Assembly (NCBI GenBank): GCA_001661245.1
Contig: KV454018.1
Coordinates: 183,944 to 247,793, forward strand
Direction of reading: 5' to 3'
DNA: 63,850 nt
Source of the DNA: Pachysolen tannophilus NRRL Y-2460
Lineage: Eukaryota
Under the pieces are notes generated by a model. It ran no database searches. It had not been told where the DNA came from and was given only the letters and a program-made list of their open reading frames with translations. Positions within the stretch are counted from its first letter, which is position 1. Each line of letters begins with the position of its first letter. Shown here one piece after another: positions 1-11,448 of this stretch. A program made the position numbers and the translations under genes.

Positions 1-3000
1 ACCAAGTTGTTCTTTATTCAATGATATTCTCTTCACCATTTTTTTATTCAAAAAATCCAAGTTTTTCAATATCAATAGTTTTAACAAAAATAAACAAAGA
101 GAATTTTCCGCTTCTTTTACTTTCTTAGCTGATTTCGCTATTCTTGCTTGCTCCAATTCCTCTGATTCTTCTTGATTTTCGATTTCTTCCTCTTCGTCAT
201 CATTCTCTTCTAAAGATTCGAAATTAACATCCTCCTCCTCATCTCTGTCTAATTGTAAGTGTAAATGTTTAGCTAAATCGTTTTCTTTAATCAAAAATAA
301 TTTCATTAATGATGATAACAAATTTTCATCTAACAGTAGAGGAACATCAAGATCAAAAAATACTTTAATATCTGCTAATTTATCATCATTTTCAAAATCC
401 TGCATTGTATGAGTTATTTTAATACTGAAGATTTTTAAAGAACTCAATAAATCAATTAAATATTTAGATGCTTCAATCCTCAAGACCGTAGAATTATCAT
501 CATCAGTTATTACTTTTCTCAAACTTTCACTTATGAACTTGATATTACTCAAAAAAGAAGAAATTTTAAAGCTGTTATTCTCATTTTGCAATAAATGATT
601 TCTATTGTTCAACAAGGTCTCCAACTTCCAACTTGCGTAATTAGAGAAAAACTTGAAAATAATTAAAATTGAGTCCATCTCATCAATTTTAGCATCTTCA
701 TTTTGTAAACACTTTTCGCATATCAATTCAATTATTGATTTATCCTTAATATTACTCTTGAATTCACCATCAACATCCATATCGCTAACATCATCCTTCG
801 TGATATCATCCAATTGTTGAGTAATGTTAATACTAGACGCGATTATTAATAATTTATTCAAAGTTTTACCAATTTGAGATATCGTACCAGAAAGTGATGA
901 TTCCTTCAAATACTGATGAAGTTCAGAAATTAGTTCTGCTATTAGCGATTGCGTCATCAATCTTACGTCTTGATCTTCAACTGTTACTCTGTTTGAACCC
1001 ACAATACTTTTGAAAAACAGAATAAATTGTAATTTGGATTCTTTATCATACAACTTCAAATCCAATTCCCTGAATATTTTCAAGATTCTATCAGTCAATT
1101 TGTATAAAATACTCATGTTATTCGAATTTTGCTGCCTCTTATTATACTTGAATATAATTTCAAAAACTGATAAAAACACCAATAACGAATCTTGATCGTT
1201 TTTGAAAAACTCTAATAATTGAGAAATATGAGTTATTAGTTTATTGGAGATGAAATCTTTTTCGTTAGCGGTCTCTAATTCTTTACTTTGTTTTTTCTTT
1301 TCCTGCTGTGATCTCAACAATGTACCAAGATAATCATTATCTTTATCATCATCGTCATGAAAATGCATCGCAGTAATACCCATCAGAAAGTTTAACAATA
1401 TTTTAGAATCTGAAGTTGATAATTCAACTTTTGATGTAATCGCATCATCAACCAATTCAACAGAACTCAAATCAAAAAGTAAATATTTAACTATAAACTC
1501 AATTAAGGACGGTGAGTAATATTGTGGTAATAAGTACAACAATTTAGAGACTCGACTAAATTTTTCAATTTTATTAGAATCTTTTTTTTCGAAATTTGAG
1601 TATTCAGCTAAGAAAAAATCAAATGATTTTGCTAAAATATCAATTAAACTTTTAAACTTGATCATCAAGTTTAAATCAATGCCAAACAGCTTTTCATTAA
1701 TTAGGATATTTTCATTAAAATTATCTTTGAATTCTTTAGTTTGTTCCATTTCAAAGAGACTGATAAATTTGATCAATTCATGTTGTAATTTGTTGAATTT
1801 GTTATTAGTGTTACAAGTCAAATTCAATTTATTATTTTGATCACAAAAGGCTAATGCAGTTACAGATAAGATCTCTTCATCTTCCAAGAACCCAATTTTA
1901 CCTATTTCGAATATAACCATTATAGCGTGTAATCTTACCTGGTAATCAGAGTCATAAATACACATTTCAATTAATCTTTTTTTGAATCTTTCAGTAAATT
2001 GTCTAAATCCAGGAGCAATTAATCCCTTTCTGTATAATTTCAGTAAAGATTTTAAAACTTCTAATCTGACTAAAGAATTTTTATCAGACAAGATCCAACC
2101 AAAATAACGAAGGTATGAACTTTCAAAGAAAAATTCAGGATATATATCAATCCATTCACCTAATGATGAAATACATTCTTGTCTAATCTTCGGATCAACA
2201 TCACGATATCTATGAACAAAAGTAGTATTTGAAATATCTTTTAAAAATTCTTCGACATTTAATTTTTGTTGTTTATAAATTTGAACATTACTTGAAATTT
2301 GAGTAATTCTTCTATCAATTTTATTAATATCTTTTTCTAATTTATTTTGTTCTCTAGCAACTCTACTCAGAGTTTTTTTCAATTTCAATTCTTCTCTTTT
2401 AGCATTTTCAATTTCCAATTGCCTATTATTTTTTTCAAATAATACTGATGCCTTTACGACAATCTTACATAGAGTAGTTTCCATATTTAATAAAAATAAA
2501 GTAGAACAATATCTTAAAGGTCTCAAATTGGAAGTTGATAAAGAACCTAACCAAATTAATAAATTTTCCATAAAACTTTCATCTTCGTTGTATAATATAC
2601 TTTTTTCATTTGCAATAATAAGAATTTCTTCTACAAATTGTAAGATATTTGATTTGAAATTTTTCCATTTCAGATTAGTAACCATTAATGGATATTCATG
2701 AACTTTTTGGTTTGCAAAAGCTTGTTGAACCTCTGCAATTGTATCAGCTGCAGATTCATTGTTAACAACGTCATGTTCTTCAACTTGTGAAACACAACCA
2801 CAACATCTTAACAAGAAATTTATCAAATCTTTCATAGCTAAAACTTTATTTTCTTCAAATTCTTCCAACCAGTTGGATGCTAATTCATTAATAGATATAT
2901 TTGGATCACTTAAAGCTTGGAAAAGGTAATTTTCCACAAAATCCTCAATTTCTTCTATAGTAGCTGCAGTTTTCAATCTTTTGTTATTCTTACCCTTTTT

Positions 3001-3261
3001 GTTAATTTTTTGAGATTGAGATCTTCTTTTTCTTGACAAAGACTTTCTCTTGTTTGTTGATCTTCCATAATCAGCATCAGCATCATCATCATCTTCTTCT
3101 TCTTCATCAGCTTTGCTATGTTCACTTTCCGAACCAGATAATTCCTCCAGATCAGATGAGGGTCTATCTACATCACTTAAATCACTTGAATAATGGTCTT
3201 GTTTTTCATAAGTTGATCTGATCCTTTGTGATCTCCGAACACCAATATCCTGTGAGCTCAT
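1..3261 (-). CDS. IRR1: Cohesin subunit Scc3/Irr1 (STAG family), 3' end truncated by the window edge
   Basis: Hand translation from ATG at 3261 gives MSSQDIGVRRSQRIRST..., similar to the yeast Irr1 N-terminal VRRSTRIR. It contains the stromalin motif FVHRYRDVDPKIRQECISSLGEWIDIYPEFF...YLRYFGWILSDK (~2085-2225). The same frame reads open at the left edge (...SLNKEQLG). Absent from the ORF track because there is no stop inside the window. Confidence 0.93.
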   Translation of the reverse strand, partial: MSSQDIGVRRSQRIRSTYEKQDHYSSDLSDVDRPSSDLEELSGSESEHSKADEEEEDDDDADADYGRSTNKRKSLSRKRRSQSQKINKKGKNNKRLKTAATIEEIEDFVENYLFQALSDPNISINELASNWLEEFEENKVLAMKDLINFLLRCCGCVSQVEEHDVVNNESAADTIAEVQQAFANQKVHEYPLMVTNLKWKNFKSNILQFVEEILIIANEKSILYNEDESFMENLLIWLGSLSTSNLRPLRYCSTLFLLNMETTLCKIVVKASVLFEKNNRQLEIENAKREELKLKKTLSRVAREQNKLEKDINKIDRRITQISSNVQIYKQQKLNVEEFLKDISNTTFVHRYRDVDPKIRQECISSLGEWIDIYPEFFFESSYLRYFGWILSDKNSLVRLEVLKSLLKLYRKGLIAPGFRQFTERFKKRLIEMCIYDSDYQVRLHAIMVIFEIGKIGFLEDEEILSVTALAFCDQNNKLNLTCNTNNKFNKLQHELIKFISLFEMEQTKEFKDNFNENILINEKLFGIDLNLMIKFKSLIDILAKSFDFFLAEYSNFEKKDSNKIEKFSRVSKLLYLLPQYYSPSLIEFIVKYLLFDLSSVELVDDAITSKVELSTSDSKILLNFLMGITAMHFHDDDDKDNDYLGTLLRSQQEKKKQSKELETANEKDFISNKLITHISQLLEFFKNDQDSLLVFLSVFEIIFKYNKRQQNSNNMSILYKLTDRILKIFRELDLKLYDKESKLQFILFFKSIVGSNRVTVEDQDVRLMTQSLIAELISELHQYLKESSLSGTISQIGKTLNKLLIIASSINITQQLDDITKDDVSDMDVDGEFKSNIKDKSIIELICEKCLQNEDAKIDEMDSILIIFKFFSNYASWKLETLLNNRNHLLQNENNSFKISSFLSNIKFISESLRKVITDDDNSTVLRIEASKYLIDLLSSLKIFSIKITHTMQDFENDDKLADIKVFFDLDVPLLLDENLLSSLMKLFLIKENDLAKHLHLQLDRDEEEDVNFESLEENDDEEEEIENQEESEELEQARIAKSAKKVKEAENSLCLFLLKLLILKNLDFLNKKMVKRISLNKEQLG

Positions 3262-3278
3262 ATTCAACAAACACAAGA

Positions 3279-3355
3279 CCCAAACGCCCAAAAGTCCAAA
3301 AGCCCAAAAAACTCAAAAAAACTCAAAAAAGTTCAAAAAATCTCAAAAAGCTCGA
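3279..3355. repeat. Degenerate ~8-10 bp C-A(4-7) tandem repeat just upstream of IRR1
   Basis: cccaaacg cccaaaagt ccaaaag cccaaaaaact caaaaaaact caaaaaagtt caaaaaatct caaaaagct. Confidence 0.6.
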
Positions 3356-3462
3356 CTTCCAATACCTATGGAAACAAACAGAACAAGGTCTCAATCTTAT
3401 AATAATAACGAATAAAACATCAATATGTATATATTTATATATATATATATACAATAATTATA

Positions 3463-3468
3463 ACGCGT
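3463..3468. promoter_or_regulatory. MCB element (ACGCGT) ~200 bp upstream of IRR1
   Basis: Exact ACGCGT in AT-rich DNA. Cohesin genes are typical MBF (G1/S) targets in yeasts. Confidence 0.55.
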
Positions 3469-3880
3469 CTTGTTACAATACAACAAACTTGAAAAACACG
3501 TTTCCTATTTGGGACTTTGATACGCTCTCGCACTACCTCGATTTTTTTTCTATTTTTTTCTTTAAATTAATTAATTAATGGCGGTTAATACTTACTATAC
3601 AACTATTGACTATATTCATCAATTCTAAACTAATAATTCCATTGAGTAGATGAAATAAATGGGTATATATATATCTCGTAGGATCAGAGAGAGTTAATTT
3701 TATTCTGGTGGTATAATAGTTCTTTGCTTCCCTACCGCCTTTCCCTTCTCTGCTTTTAAAGTTTGTTTGTTATTTTTTGTTTTTTTTTAAAAAAAACAAG
3801 AAATTAAATCAATTTTTTAACTAAAAAATGCTTTTTCATAACCGCTCTTACAATCTTGCTTAATTCATAAGATTTGCCTC

Positions 3881-4090
3881 TCACAAAGATTCTTGAGTTC
3901 TGATGCCTAATCTCTCATATCTCGATTTCTGCATTCCACCCGAACCAGCAAGTGTATTATTACTGCTACTTAAATTTTGATCAAAATTACTAGTTGATTT
4001 TTTATTATTTTCATCTTCTTTATTAATATTTAAAGTATCCTTTATCTCTTCCGGAGTAAGTTTAATGGCGGTTGGTTGTCTTCTCAACAT
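3881..4090 (-). CDS. CDC26: APC/C subunit Cdc26
   Basis: N-terminal MLRRQPTAIKLTPEEI matches the Cdc26/Hcn1 signature MLRRxPTxxxL; 69 aa. Confidence 0.85.
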   Translation of the reverse strand: MLRRQPTAIKLTPEEIKDTLNINKEDENNKKSTSNFDQNLSSSNNTLAGSGGMQKSRYERLGIRTQESL

Positions 4091-4348
4091 GATCTAATCC
4101 TCAATCAAATCAAATCAAATCAAATCAAATTATTTAAAAATTGTTTTGAGTTCCGATATAAACGGTGTAGTGTGTAATGAAGTTTTAAAAAAAAATTGTT
4201 TTTTTGTTCTCTTTTTTAAATAAGAGCAACTTTTTTTTTTTTTTCTTAACAAAAAATAAAAATATTGAATCATTAGTAATTTTGCTTAATATTTTATAAA
4301 TTAATTAATTAAAGGAAAAATTGGAAATAAGAGTATAAAACGCTCATA

Positions 4349-7300
4349 ATGTCCAGCGCGGGTGATGAACCGGTTTGTCGTATTTGTCGATGTGAAAGTT
4401 CAGAGGATGATCCGTTATATTATCCATGTAAATGTCGGGGATCAGTTAAATATGTTCATCAAAATTGTTTAATTACTTGGTTAGAAACATCTAAAAGGCC
4501 TGAAAAATGTGATATTTGCAAAACACCATATATTTTTGAACTTATTCTTCCGGATAATATACCGGATAAGTTACCAACAAGTGTTATTATTAGAGAAAAT
4601 TTGAAAAAAGTTATTAAAGGTCCAATTTCGAAAACTCTATCAATAGTTACTGGTATAATTTTCATATTATTACAAATTCCACTTTATTTTGTATTATGCA
4701 TTAGATTTTTCAATTTTGTTATTGATGATCAGTTATTGAAAAAATCATTAACTCAAACTTTATTGGCAGGAGATTGTGATACTTTACCATATGATTTTGA
4801 AATTAATTTACCTAATTTATGGGAATGTTTTAAATTTAGTTTTTCTATTGGTTTAAATTCAACTTTAATTTTATTGGTTTCATTGATTGGTATATTTGTT
4901 TTCCATGAATGGGTTTCAAGAGATTCAGGTTTTGAAAAATTAATGAATAAAAATATAGGTAGTGAAAAGATAAATCGGATGTTGGATAAGACAATAAGAG
5001 ATGTCTTGTTAAATAATCCAAATCTAAATGAAGAACAAAGAAGACAATTAATGAATTTATACGATTTGTCTGTACTTATTCAAGGTAGGGATATAGCAAT
5101 GGTGGATGCAAGTGATGAACAATTAGAAAGAGAGTATCAGAGATTAAGAGATACTGCGGCTCAAGTTATTGCCGGAGTCCAACAAATTCAAGAAGCAGAG
5201 CGCCTGGAACGTGAAGAAGATAACGAAGAAGAAGTAGAAGTTGATGATGATGATGATGATAGTGATGAGCAGGAGGAAGAAGAGGAAGAGGAAGATGAGG
5301 ACGCAGTGGCGGATAATGGACACCATCTTTATGTTGATGAAGATGAAGAAGAAGCAGAGGTAGTAGAGGAAGATCCTGTGCTGTTGCTGGTAGCTCCTTT
5401 ACCGCTGCCGCAAGTACAACAATTACCTCCATTGATCAATGACGAAATTCTAGAAGATGATGAAGATGATGATGTACAAGGACTCTTATTTGGGTTCCAA
5501 GTAGATATACCTCCTTCGATGTCAATTAAAATAGCAATATGTGCTGATCTGGCGATAAGTATTATTTTGTTCCTCATCTACTTCTTGCCATCGTTGATCG
5601 GTATACTAGAATTGAGTGGTATCTACCACATTTGCAGAACTTTCTTGATTTTGGCAGGAGCTTCAATCTCTTCCAATATTCCTCTATCTACAAAAATTCA
5701 ACAATATCTCGATGTGGTCTTTAATTATGCAATAAAACCAATAGATAAGTTACTGCAAGATATTATCACCCGGGGACTTCCATCTAGTAATATTAAAAGA
5801 GCAATCCCTTTGATTTTAAACGTTTTCATTTTTTTAGCTGGGGTGAAGTTTGCAATGTATAAGTTAGAGACAAGTTATAGAATGATGTTGATTCCATTGA
5901 GAAGTATCAAAAGAAACATTTATTTTGTCTTATTTGACATTTATGCCATATTGAAAGTTTATACAATATTCAGTATCGAGTTGATTTATTTTCCAGCTAT
6001 TTGTGGATTTTTGATTGATCTCGTATCATCACCAATATTTTTACCTCTGGAAAATTACAATTTCAAAGATTCCAAATTTTTAACTTCGTCATTGTTTTTC
6101 ACATTTTTGCGTAATGATTATTTCTTAAGATTTATCATTTACTGGATTACAGGTACTTTATATATGTCATGGTTTGCTCTTTATGTTGGTCTCTTGAGAA
6201 CTTATGTCATTAGAAGAGGTGTCTTATTTTTTATAAGATCTCCAGATGATCCAAATTCAAGATTAGTTCATGATGCCTTAGTTAGGCCTTTCTTACTCCA
6301 ACTTTCTAGAATTGCATTGAGCGGATTTGTGTATGCTGTTTTTATCACTGTTTATATTGGAGTCGTTACATTTGGAACACGTCTTTTGACAGAAAAACTT
6401 TTCCCAATGAAAATCAAGTTGATATCAACTTTTTTCTTTACCGCAGCGTACACTATTTTCTATAAATTGAAGAAGCCATTTGTACCGTTAGTTACAAAAT
6501 ATGTCAGGATTTATTGGTATTTCGCATTCAATTATTGTTGTGAAACTTTAAGACTTTCTTCGTTTATGGTTGGTAAAGATAATATAAATGAACGTGGCTA
6601 TATCCACTACCGGTCGTTGTATCATAGGTTTTTCAAAAGGGAAAAACCAAACTACGATAGGCCAGTATCTGCAAAATCAGTTTCATCTTACTTGAGGGAT
6701 AATCCACAAGTAAATGCAGTATTTATACCAAATGGTGATTTTATTCGGGCTCCAGATAATGATAACGTCTCAAGGTTATATTTGAAAAAATTATTTGTTG
6801 TTGTCACAAGTGACGACAAATTATTAAAAACAAAGGAAAACCAAAATAAGAACAAAAATCGTAAAGAAAGAGTTGATAACTTATTGGGTGATGAAGACGA
6901 AGTGGATAATGTCACTACACATACAGTTGTATATCGCCCACCGAACTTTGGATATAGAAATATTCTACTTTTATGCATGTTATGGATCTTTGCAATTATA
7001 TTAATTTGTGGATTTTTAATTACTGCAAATATAATTGGTACCCCTATTTCTTTCTTTTTGAGTTTAGGTTCTAAAATATTGCCAAATTGGAGCTTGAATT
7101 TGATCTTATTAGGCAGTTTCTCTGAACATAAGGTTGAAAATTGGTTTTTAACTTTGAATCTTTCATCCATTTTCTTTGGTGCACTAATTGAGTTATATAC
7201 CTTGCTCAAATTTGATTCAACCTATCATGTTTCAACAGTCCAAGAAATCAAAAGAGGAGCTCCTTTAATTGATGGCAACTATCGCCAAGAAAGAAACGGG

Positions 7301-8173
7301 CTTCGTCAAGAAGAGAATAGGAATGCAGAAGAAAATGATGATGATGATGATGAAAACGAAGGCGAACAAGAAGAACATATCAATGGTGTTGATGATAATG
7401 ATAATGATAATGCTGGTCGTGTTGATATCGAAGCAGAAGTTGAAGATAATCGTCACATCCAAAGAAATCTTGAGAAATTATCCAAGAAACTCTTTAATAC
7501 TTTATGTTTCTCTTTAGGAATATTAATATGGTTAAGTTGGATATATTTTGTTCATAAATACTGTATCACAGCAGCTTTTAAACTTTACATTTTGCATCAA
7601 GGACCAACAGTGCCAAGTTTACAAGGAGAGCCACATCTCGGTTTTATTAATGAGATTAAAGCTTTCAAGACTATAAATATTGATAGTTTTACTGAAATTG
7701 TTAAAGAGACCATCGCTTTGACTAGAGAATTTTTAACTTTACCAGAAAGTGCCACTTCAACTGAAATTCGTTATTTCTGGGCTTTACATTTATTTTTCAG
7801 TTCAATTACCATTGTTCCATTATTGTTGAACTGTTATAAATATTACAATATGGACTCTGAACATTATTCCAAAGTATTGAGACCATCATTGGAAAGAGTA
7901 GTTGTGGTTCAAATACTAGGTACGATTGTTACCATTTTGGAAAATTTAATTAAAAATGAAAATAGCGGTGGTATTGCAGATTTGATTTCCAACTCCATTA
8001 CAGGAAAATCAAATCCGATTTTCTACGTTAATTCTCATCTCTCGTTATTCTTGTTCCATTCAATCTATGCCATATCGAACTGGTATGATGAATTTATCAA
8101 ATTCTCCAATGATGAAATTAAACTAGAATATTACGCAATAGGTAGAAGAGTCATTAATTATGGTGAAGATTGA
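4349..8173 (+). CDS. SSM4: ERAD E3 ubiquitin ligase Doa10/Ssm4
   Basis: N-terminal RING-CH (CRICRCESSEDDPLYYPCKCRGSVKYVHQNCLITW...CDICK), TD-domain motif RRGVLFFIRSPDDPN, many TM segments, 1274 aa. Confidence 0.95.
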   Translation: MSSAGDEPVCRICRCESSEDDPLYYPCKCRGSVKYVHQNCLITWLETSKRPEKCDICKTPYIFELILPDNIPDKLPTSVIIRENLKKVIKGPISKTLSIVTGIIFILLQIPLYFVLCIRFFNFVIDDQLLKKSLTQTLLAGDCDTLPYDFEINLPNLWECFKFSFSIGLNSTLILLVSLIGIFVFHEWVSRDSGFEKLMNKNIGSEKINRMLDKTIRDVLLNNPNLNEEQRRQLMNLYDLSVLIQGRDIAMVDASDEQLEREYQRLRDTAAQVIAGVQQIQEAERLEREEDNEEEVEVDDDDDDSDEQEEEEEEEDEDAVADNGHHLYVDEDEEEAEVVEEDPVLLLVAPLPLPQVQQLPPLINDEILEDDEDDDVQGLLFGFQVDIPPSMSIKIAICADLAISIILFLIYFLPSLIGILELSGIYHICRTFLILAGASISSNIPLSTKIQQYLDVVFNYAIKPIDKLLQDIITRGLPSSNIKRAIPLILNVFIFLAGVKFAMYKLETSYRMMLIPLRSIKRNIYFVLFDIYAILKVYTIFSIELIYFPAICGFLIDLVSSPIFLPLENYNFKDSKFLTSSLFFTFLRNDYFLRFIIYWITGTLYMSWFALYVGLLRTYVIRRGVLFFIRSPDDPNSRLVHDALVRPFLLQLSRIALSGFVYAVFITVYIGVVTFGTRLLTEKLFPMKIKLISTFFFTAAYTIFYKLKKPFVPLVTKYVRIYWYFAFNYCCETLRLSSFMVGKDNINERGYIHYRSLYHRFFKREKPNYDRPVSAKSVSSYLRDNPQVNAVFIPNGDFIRAPDNDNVSRLYLKKLFVVVTSDDKLLKTKENQNKNKNRKERVDNLLGDEDEVDNVTTHTVVYRPPNFGYRNILLLCMLWIFAIILICGFLITANIIGTPISFFLSLGSKILPNWSLNLILLGSFSEHKVENWFLTLNLSSIFFGALIELYTLLKFDSTYHVSTVQEIKRGAPLIDGNYRQERNGLRQEENRNAEENDDDDDENEGEQEEHINGVDDNDNDNAGRVDIEAEVEDNRHIQRNLEKLSKKLFNTLCFSLGILIWLSWIYFVHKYCITAAFKLYILHQGPTVPSLQGEPHLGFINEIKAFKTINIDSFTEIVKETIALTREFLTLPESATSTEIRYFWALHLFFSSITIVPLLLNCYKYYNMDSEHYSKVLRPSLERVVVVQILGTIVTILENLIKNENSGGIADLISNSITGKSNPIFYVNSHLSLFLFHSIYAISNWYDEFIKFSNDEIKLEYYAIGRRVINYGED

Positions 8174-9511
8174 AAAAAAAAAANAAAAAAAGAATTCACA
8201 AAAATAAAACATATTTACTAGCTTCAGCTGTAAAATACTGTTTGTTTTTTTTTTTTTGCAAATCTAGGAGCGAGCATAAAGATAAAATTTCTGAACATAA
8301 TCATAAAAGGAAACAGAAAGAAAGGAAAAATCAAACAAACAAAAAGAAAAAAAAAAAATAAAATTAAAATAAAAATAAAAAAAAAATTAGCATAGTGGTA
8401 AGAGTATGGATGTATAACTGAGTAAATGAATTACTCGATTTAACTTTTTAAACTGTTATTTTGTTGTTGTTTTTTTTCTTTTTTTTTGTTATTTTTTTTT
8501 TTGTTCTTTCATTGTATGAGTAAATAGCATATATATAGTACAATAAGAAGAATATACCAATCTTACATATCACGCGTACCCAAGTATCTAGTTTCATGTT
8601 TCACTTTTATTGGTAGTGTAACTCAAGAATAATATTATCACAACTATAGAATAATAAGTCATTACCGTTGCCAAGTCTTCTTACCTGCCTCATTACGTAG
8701 CTAGCTTACTTAGCCTACTATTCTAGTCTTAATTACCCTACCTAGATGCTATTGTTTTAATTTCGCGCAAATTTTTGTTACAATAACTAATGAAAAAAAA
8801 ATATGCATGCATATGCAAGAAGTGGATTAAATATACAACAGAATTAGGTGGTGAAGGAGGAGAAACAAAGAAAAAAGTATGTAAGAATTTACGCAGAAGA
8901 GGTTGGTAGAACCCGCCGGCACTGTGAGAGACAATTTTCCCATTGCGGTTCAAAGAATGATTAAATTGTACACAGGCGATGATGATGATACCGTTCTTAG
9001 CCCTGTAAGTAATGATGAGAGAGTTAAGAGATCAAATAAATGACGCGTACATCAGTTTTAACTTAGCTTAGCTTATGGAACTCAAACTCAAGATTAGGGG
9101 CACTACTAATAAACAGTACTAATACGGTAAGCAGTGGGTACTTAATCTAGAAATTTTAATTTTACCGAAACTTTGTACAATTCAAAATCTTTTTTACCTT
9201 GAAAAAAAAAAAAAAAATATTGGTACTATTGTTGATACTATGAAGAGTTGAATAAAGGGAAATCAAGTACCCTCCACAATGAAAACTACCTGTTTTTTTG
9301 TTTGTAGACAGGGATGCGCTAGAATATATTGAGCAAACGGAAGGAATTCCATCTTTTTTTTCTACAGTAGGCAGGTATCCATTTCTGGAAAATTTTTTAC
9401 TTTTTTTTTTTTTTGCAGCATCTGCAGCAATCTAATCTGAGATTTCATTGACCTAAATTCATCTTCATGTTAATTTTTTAAAAATTTTAAAAGCCTTCTT
9501 TTTGAGATAAT

Positions 9512-9549
<38 letters not shown>

Positions 9550-9676
9550 ATTCCGTTTTATTTAATAATTTCAAACTTTAACATTTTCACTAGTTAAGCG
9601 TAATAATTTAAAATTCATTTTGTCTTTTAAAATTTTGTGCTTATTAAGCTTACAGTTTTAAAATAATTTTTCAAAG

Positions 9677-10825
9677 ATGTCGGAAAAGAAAGAAGATCCT
9701 ATCAATTATACTGAGATTCCAGTTAGACCATCAAATAATCACAACAATGGTCGCTCTTTAAGTGCTAAAAAGCAGAGACTACTCAAGTTTCTGGGAGCAG
9801 GTGCTTTAATCTGTTTAATCTTTATTGGGTTGAGAAATAGTGACTCGTTTAACGATTTTAAAATCATTCCACATGGTGGTGAGCACGGACAACTGCACCA
9901 TGGTAGCTTTAACAAGGATTTTGCAAATTCCGTTGTTCCACCACAGAAAGGTGGCGATTCCATGATACATGAAGAACCAAAGTTCAAGAATGAGCGTCCA
10001 CCACCCGCTGATTTTGAAAAGGGTAAAGCACACAAGGATGGAAAGCCTGGTTCAAAAGGTGAATCTAAAGATTCAAAATCTGACTCGAAACCTGTTTCCA
10101 AAGCTGACCCAAAAGCTGACCCAAAAGCTGAATTAAAAGCTGAATTAAAAGCTGAATTAAAAGCTGACTCTAAAAATGACCCAAAAGTTGACTCTAAAAA
10201 TGACCCAAAAGTTGACTCAAAAGCTGACCCAAAAGCTGACTCAAAAAAAGCTGATTCTAAAAATGAAGAAAAGGCTGATTTTAAAGTCGACTCTAAGGCT
10301 GATTCAAAAGCTGATTCAAAACATTCAAAGAGTGACCCAAAAGCTGATTCAAAACACTCAAAGAGTGGCTCAAAAGCTGATATGAAGTCTGATAAAGATT
10401 CAAAGAAAAAGGGATCGGTTGACCAAAATGAGAAGTCAGACGACAAGAAAAAACTGGAGGGCAAAGAAGTTGACTCTAAAAAAGAGTCCTTTGATAAAGA
10501 TGTCAAGCATGATTCCTACAAAGGTAAAGATAAAGAATATAAGAAAGATGATAAGCAATCCAAAGGAAAAGGTTCCAAAGGTGATGAAAAATTAAAGACA
10601 AACGCTCCTTATAAAAAAATTGATCAATCTGAAAAGAAAAAAGGTGATGAAAAATTATCTGAATCTGTTTCTGGAGAAAATGAAAAGTCAAAACCAGTTG
10701 AATTTGACAAGAAACTTGCTGAACAAAAAGGTTATTATGTCAAGACAAATAACGAAAAAGTTGATGGAAAGCCGGAATATTCCATCGCTGAAGGTAAGAA
10801 GCCAAAAGGTTTTAAGTATCATTGA
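9677..10825 (+). CDS. Unknown single-pass membrane protein with a Lys/Asp/Ser-rich repetitive domain
   Basis: 382-aa ORF with one hydrophobic segment (FLGAGALICLIFIGL) after basic residues, then KADP/KAEL/KNDP/KVDS/KADS tetrapeptide repeats. Confidence 0.75.
   Translation: MSEKKEDPINYTEIPVRPSNNHNNGRSLSAKKQRLLKFLGAGALICLIFIGLRNSDSFNDFKIIPHGGEHGQLHHGSFNKDFANSVVPPQKGGDSMIHEEPKFKNERPPPADFEKGKAHKDGKPGSKGESKDSKSDSKPVSKADPKADPKAELKAELKAELKADSKNDPKVDSKNDPKVDSKADPKADSKKADSKNEEKADFKVDSKADSKADSKHSKSDPKADSKHSKSGSKADMKSDKDSKKKGSVDQNEKSDDKKKLEGKEVDSKKESFDKDVKHDSYKGKDKEYKKDDKQSKGKGSKGDEKLKTNAPYKKIDQSEKKKGDEKLSESVSGENEKSKPVEFDKKLAEQKGYYVKTNNEKVDGKPEYSIAEGKKPKGFKYH
10100..10380 (+). repeat. Coding 12-bp minisatellite (aaagctgaccca / aaagctgaatta / aaagttgactct variants)
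   Basis: Direct 12-bp units visible in the sequence, some nested in 24-bp and 33-bp higher-order duplications. Confidence 0.8.
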
Positions 10826-11174
10826 ATTGAATTTTTGTTTTTAAATAAATAAATAAATTGATATCTGTCTTGTCTTTTTTTTTTTTTTTGTTTATTCTTG
10901 TTATTATTGTTAGTTATGGTGACGCTTAAGCTTTAGAGGAGCTGGCTCTTCTCAATCCTCTTTATTCTTAAAATGGCTTATTTCAATTTGAAAGCTTCAT
11001 GACCATGTCTAAAGAAAAAAAGGTTTGTCGGTTTAATCTCTCTAATTTTGCTTTATGCATATTTTTTATTTATATAAATTGATAAATTCATTTATTTAAT
11101 TGTATTCAAATATTCTAGAGCTCTAAAAACTAGCCGTATATTGCTAATCTTTTAGCGGCTGGGCTATTATATGC

Positions 11175-11395
11175 CTTATCTCAATTTTTAATTTAATTAA
11201 CTAAGAAAATGGCAAAATTTCAAGTAGCTAAGATAAATGCGTCTAGGCGCTTAATTTTCCATTTTTGCCTATCACTCATCGGCTTTCACTTTAAAAAGAA
11301 CTTGATAGAGATAGAAGTTAAGATCTGAGCTTCTTGTATTTCTATATTAGATCAATTGATTTTCTAATGAAGCTTAAATAATGATTGATTTATCT
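11175..11395. promoter_or_regulatory. Cluster of GATA motifs upstream of the amine oxidase (candidate nitrogen-catabolite-repression elements)
   Basis: CTTATC 11175, GATAA 11232, CTATC 11269, GATAG 11304 and 11310, TTATC ~11390. Short motifs in AT-rich DNA, but they fit an amine-utilisation gene. Confidence 0.4.
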
Positions 11396-11448
11396 TTAAA
11401 TAAGGAAAAATTGATTGAAAGTAGTTCTGAGCAAGTTAAGATTTCAAA

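Noticed and set aside
1010..3221. Short + strand ORFs in the first 3.2 kb
   Set aside because: They are antisense to the continuous IRR1/SCC3 frame.
8978..9120. Possible C/D snoRNA or 5'UTR intron (ATGATGA, CCGTTCTTAG matching 18S rRNA, GTAAGT...TACTAAT...CAG)
   Set aside because: There is no CTGA D-box at a suitable distance, the 10-nt rRNA match is in the sense orientation relative to the C-box, and the branch site is non-consensus. Compatible with chance.
9739..10506. 255-aa antisense ORF (SAFESAFG repeats)
   Set aside because: It is the stop-free mirror of the 12-bp coding repeat on the + strand and has no independent coding signal.
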